Shown here in pieces: positions 8,875 through 12,298 of a DNA stretch of 12,298 nucleotides (positions are counted from its first letter, which is position 1; every line of letters starts with the position of its first letter). Below the pieces are notes generated by a model. The model did not search any database. It saw only the letters and a list, made by a program, of their open reading frames with translations, and was not told the origin of the DNA. Location: NCBI GenBank assembly GCA_051294375.1, contig CM119267.1, positions 26,777,957 to 26,790,254 on the forward strand, read 5' to 3'. This DNA comes from Paraspadella gotoi (Eukaryota > Animalia > Chaetognatha). The position numbers and the translations under genes were made by a program.

Positions 8875-9305
8875 ATATGCGGATATGGGAATCCGCTCCA
8901 CGCGTCTATTTGTCGATTCGATTGTGACTCTGCGTTCTCTCATCTGCACCGCCGCTCCCTAGCCTGGTTTATTCGATCGTGGATTTTATTAGGCTCTTAG
9001 CGAAGTTCAGAGGGCGGAGAGTGGGAGCTTTAGGGTCATAGGGAAATTGTGCTTTCAGTGGGCCGGGAGGGAGTAAAGGAGGCGAAGGAGATCTGTTATA
9101 GTTTTCATAAGGCAGAAGCTGGGCCCTCGGCCCGGGAAGTGGTTGGATATTCAATTTCTAAAACGATCAATTAGTATTTATGTTCCACATCTAGTCCTTA
9201 TACGATTATGGTAAACGGAAGTAAGATAACTAGGCAATTTTGTTCCGGTTATACTATTTCATGCGTGAATAATTTAAAACGTCCATCGCGAAAATAGGCG
9301 AAACA
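8875..9305 (+). repeat. 5' LTR (noisy copy, ends ...gcgaaaCA; start approximate)
   Basis: Colinear with the reverse complement of 1647-2022; homology stops at a CA dinucleotide followed by gTGG. Confidence 0.85.
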
Positions 9306-9306
9306 G

Positions 9307-9324
9307 TGGCGAAGTGGTAGTAAG
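9307..9324 (+). promoter_or_regulatory. tRNA primer-binding site (possibly tRNA-Ser type)
   Basis: TGGCGAAGTGGTAG begins 1 nt after the LTR-terminal CA; TGG complements tRNA CCA; resembles Ser-type TGGCG(C/T)AGTCGG(T/C)AGG with errors. Confidence 0.65.
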
Positions 9325-9520
9325 CGACGGAATTCGAAAAGAAGAAAACAAGCTGATTAACTCTAACGCGACGCGAAGGACAAAAGATAAAAACACCGGA
9401 CTTATCAGACCTACGCGGAATAATAAAAAAAAAAGAAAGGCAAAAGAAAACCATTTGCCGGGCGCCGCGCTCACACAACAAAATTAGAGCAAAAGCTAAA
9501 TCCCGGTCCATTTTTAGGAC

Positions 9521-11910
9521 ATGGCGAAACTGCTAAGGCATTGGTGAGAAGGGGGCTGTGCAAAGAGACGCAATTACCGCCACTACAACCCTCCGCGCCA
9601 ACGCGGAGAGAAGACGTCGAGGCCACGCAAGGTTTGGTGGGGGCCTAGCTAGACAGACGGACGGGATGATCGTCTATCACGACGGCAGAACCGAACCCTG
9701 CCAATCAATGAAGACCTTGCGGCGGGCTCGACAAGATTAAGCTGGTTTGACGTACGAAAGATAGCAACCGCCGCCAACGGACATTGGACAGAGAATAGCA
9801 AACGACGCACTCCTAATCCTGGACGAAGAGCCTGAGAAGGTCGCGGAAGGAAAGAAAGGCAACATGGGAAGCCGCATTTACGGAAATATTGGCCTTGATC
9901 AACGACAACAAGGTTGAGTTCCGCCCGCGCCGCGGCGGAATCAGCGCCAGGCAGCCGCCGAAACAAGAGCTGCTCGCCCGGGAAATAAGAATGGCCGACC
10001 TCGCACAAGCAGATGAGAGGTGAGGCCACAGACGCCAAGGGAAGAAGGCCCGGACGCCTACGCGCCGGAGACCGCCGCAGCGAGCACGTCACAACGGCGG
10101 AAAGGGCAAGACAACAGGCCCGCGCTCGATCTCAGCAAACCCGCTCTCACGCGTGCCGATCAAGATGGACAGCGACGAGAGGAAGAGAAGCGCGATGAGT
10201 TCCTGAGGGGCATTCTAACAGGAACTCTAAAAACGTGCGTACTTCGAGGAGAAAAGCCGTGAACGAGCAACTACAGGCCGTCCTCGAGCACGTGACGAAG
10301 AGGCAAATTGGTACGTCGACCCAATCGACGCAGCCTATGGAAAGCCTCGAGGCGATGTGCAAAAGAGTCATCGTCACAGCAGCAGAAATAGCCGAGAAGA
10401 GTAGGTGTGAAAGTGGACGCCAAAGGAACACTGTTCCGAATATGACTCCCACTAGTAAACTCAATCTACAAAAAGTTCGACTGCGCGTCGCGCCGCGAAG
10501 AACGTGAACGCGGTCTCACGCCAGCTCGCCCGCCTACTAACTGAAGCGCATGGAACCCGTACGCCCGGCGCATCTCAAGGGAGGTACTGAAGTTCCAGAA
10601 ATCTCATTCGACACGGGGAAGGCGTCGAGAGCTAGGAAAAGAAATGCGAGTGGAATCCTACGCTGTGGCTCGAAACTGACGGATATACAAATCGAAGGCA
10701 CGTCGCTCGCCTCTTCATAAATCCGTGAAGGAGAACGACGCGCAAATCCTCACGGACTCACTCCTGAAGAAGGGCCTAAGTGCGACAAAGAACCCGGCAA
10801 GAAAGCGCGAACGTCCCTATAACCAGGGACCAATGATGCAAGAAGGCAAACAACACGCGTGAGCTTATGGGAGAAGCTCACAAAAAGCATGTCAGCGATC
10901 GCAAGAGGGCCGTCGAAGCGAAGAAAGACGACGGCAAGTGGAGAGTCGCCAGCCAGGACGCCAGAGTCACGCCCAGAATGGCGCGACAGGACGCGAAGGG
11001 GAGTGACAGGCGCTGCAGGGCAGACAGGCCCGCACAGACAAGATACTTTCCAGAAGGAATAGATTTTGAAATTTAGACGCAGAGACGCGATTGTAAGCCG
11101 ATGAATTAGATGATATCCAAACCACTAATAAAGCTTTCGAAAATTACAATGTGTATTATTACCGGATCCCAAAGTCAGAAAAAGGAAAACCCCCGGAGGA
11201 GGTGAAAGCGGCGAAGGCTAGCAAACGGACGCCGCTGACAGAATCAAAAATGCCGCAAAGAAATGGCATCCATCAGACGCCTAGCGGGAATTCGCCGATG
11301 TGCAAAAACGGCCATTGAGATTCAAAGGCAAAGACGCAGCAGCCTAGACTATACAAGCTGTTCGCCCGCCGCTGGGGACGTCAAAGACAGACACTTGTTA
11401 GCTGTAGCGATAGTCAAAGAATCAGAAGCCCCATGGAAAACGTTCTCCAATCAAGGACAAATTAGCACACGTCAAACGCTGGAAAGCGTGCGAAAAGCTC
11501 TGCAAGAAGGCGGCAAACCGGGAAACGCGGCAGCAAAGCGAAGCAAGCCCCCGCCCCGCGCAGCCCCGCAAGCTAAAGCGGAAAGCAAAAACTAGGCAAA
11601 AGCCAATTCCAGGCTTAGGACTTTTGTCGGAAATTCAGCGGAGTAAAGTCAAGAAAGATGATTCTAATTCCGACATACACAATCGTGGAACTAACCAAGC
11701 GAGTTTCATTACACGATGGAAACGATCAGTAAAGATCGAACGATATATGTGCCATGAGCGGAGACACTACAATGGCCCGTTCACAAAGGAAGAATCCAGA
11801 AGAGAACAAATGCCCGCCGTCGGTTACCCGATCGACCGCCAGAGGCGCCCGTCCAACAGGAAAAACAAAAAGGCCCGAAACCGAGGGATGATACAGGTAA
11901 GAGGCTTTTA
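9521..11910 (+). pseudogene. gag: gag-like ORF, fragmented by indels as assembled
   Basis: Starts at gacATGG about 200 nt after the PBS; A/purine-rich coding-like fragments (KRDEFLRGILTGTL, AVNEQLQAVLEHV, LLAVAIVKESEAPW); C-x4-H (CHERRH, 11750-11767) just before the protease. Assignment is mostly positional. Confidence 0.6.
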
Positions 11911-11920
11911 GACACGCAGG

Positions 11921-12187
11921 AAACAACTATATCCGGCAGTAATAAACGGGGCACCAGCCAGCTGCCTACACGACACAGGGCCTCCATAAACACAATACCA
12001 AGGAGGTTGTAGACGAGGTGTCGCTAGCAAACAAAATTTATAGTGGAAGCCCACTAAGAGTAACGAACAGGAGAACGGGCACGATCACCATACTAGAGAA
12101 AGACTGAACTGAGAGTAATGTTTCAAAAACTGGATTCTAGACACAGTATTTTTCGTCTCGCCAGACGCCGAAGACAGAGACGTGATA
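11921..12187 (+). pseudogene. pol: Retropepsin aspartic protease (DTG), noisy copy
   Basis: PAVINGAPASCLHDTG reads directly (DTG at 11972-11980); after indel correction ASINTIPR...LRVTTGNGTITILEKTELRVMFKNWILDTVFFVSPDAEDRDVI. Confidence 0.85.
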
Positions 12188-12298
12188 TTCCTGTCGTTAC
12201 TCTTAGTGGGTTTCCACTATAAATCTTGCTTGCTAGCGACCATTCGTCTACAAACCTCCTCGGTATTGTGTTTATGGAGGCCCCTGTGTCGTGTAGGC
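12188..12298 (-). CDS. pol: Partial retropepsin aspartic protease, clean copy entering from beyond the window
   Basis: Uninterrupted frame LHDTGASINTIPRRFVDEWSLASKIYSGNPLRVTTG (DTG at 12282-12290); inverted repeat of 11964-12072. Confidence 0.9.

Larger units (their letters stand above)
1647..12298 (-). mobile_element. Ty3/gypsy-like LTR retrotransposon with env-like ORF; composite assembly with the 5' part (8861-12187) in inverted orientation
   Basis: Domain order PR-RT-RH-INT (gypsy order), two related LTRs, a TGG-starting PBS after one LTR, a G-rich PPT before the other, and a gag-sized ORF region after the PBS. Confidence 0.9.

Noticed and set aside
7053-9000. Plus-strand ORFs (7053-7241, 7284-7682, 7698-7994, 8305-9000) and the hydrophobic ORFs at 127-739 and 5455-5950
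   Set aside because: Antisense shadows of the A-rich pol strand; their Phe/Leu/Ser richness follows from base composition.
1647-9305. DIRS-type element suggested by inverted terminal repeats
   Set aside because: No tyrosine recombinase is visible; protease, DDE integrase, PBS and PPT are present; the inversion is explained by the DVI/LGT junction.

Overview
The window is dominated by one family of eukaryotic Ty3/gypsy-like (Metaviridae-type) LTR retroelement; the host cannot be assigned from sequence alone. Read on the minus strand, with the block 8861-12187 flipped, the order is: LTR - PBS - large gag - DTG aspartic protease - candidate second protease-like domain lacking the Asp - (+1 frame change) - RT (YVDD) - RNase H - OTU-like domain lacking catalytic Cys/His - Pro/Glu/Thr-rich linker - HHCC/DDE integrase - Cys-rich membrane-anchored env-like ORF - PPT - LTR. 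Three segments read cleanly (1-453, 6126-8835, 12188-12298). Two long segments (about 456-6100 and 8861-12187) are full of indels, lie beside 25-N gaps and duplicate sequence of the clean segments, which looks like long-read gap over-filling, one block in reverse orientation. Integrase, env and gag were therefore reconstructed by eye across frameshifts. The region 456-1646 is AT-rich flank with a (CT)n tract and a 21-bp minisatellite. The best novelty candidates are the pseudo-OTU inside Pol, the tandem active plus inactive protease, and the unclassified env-like gene.
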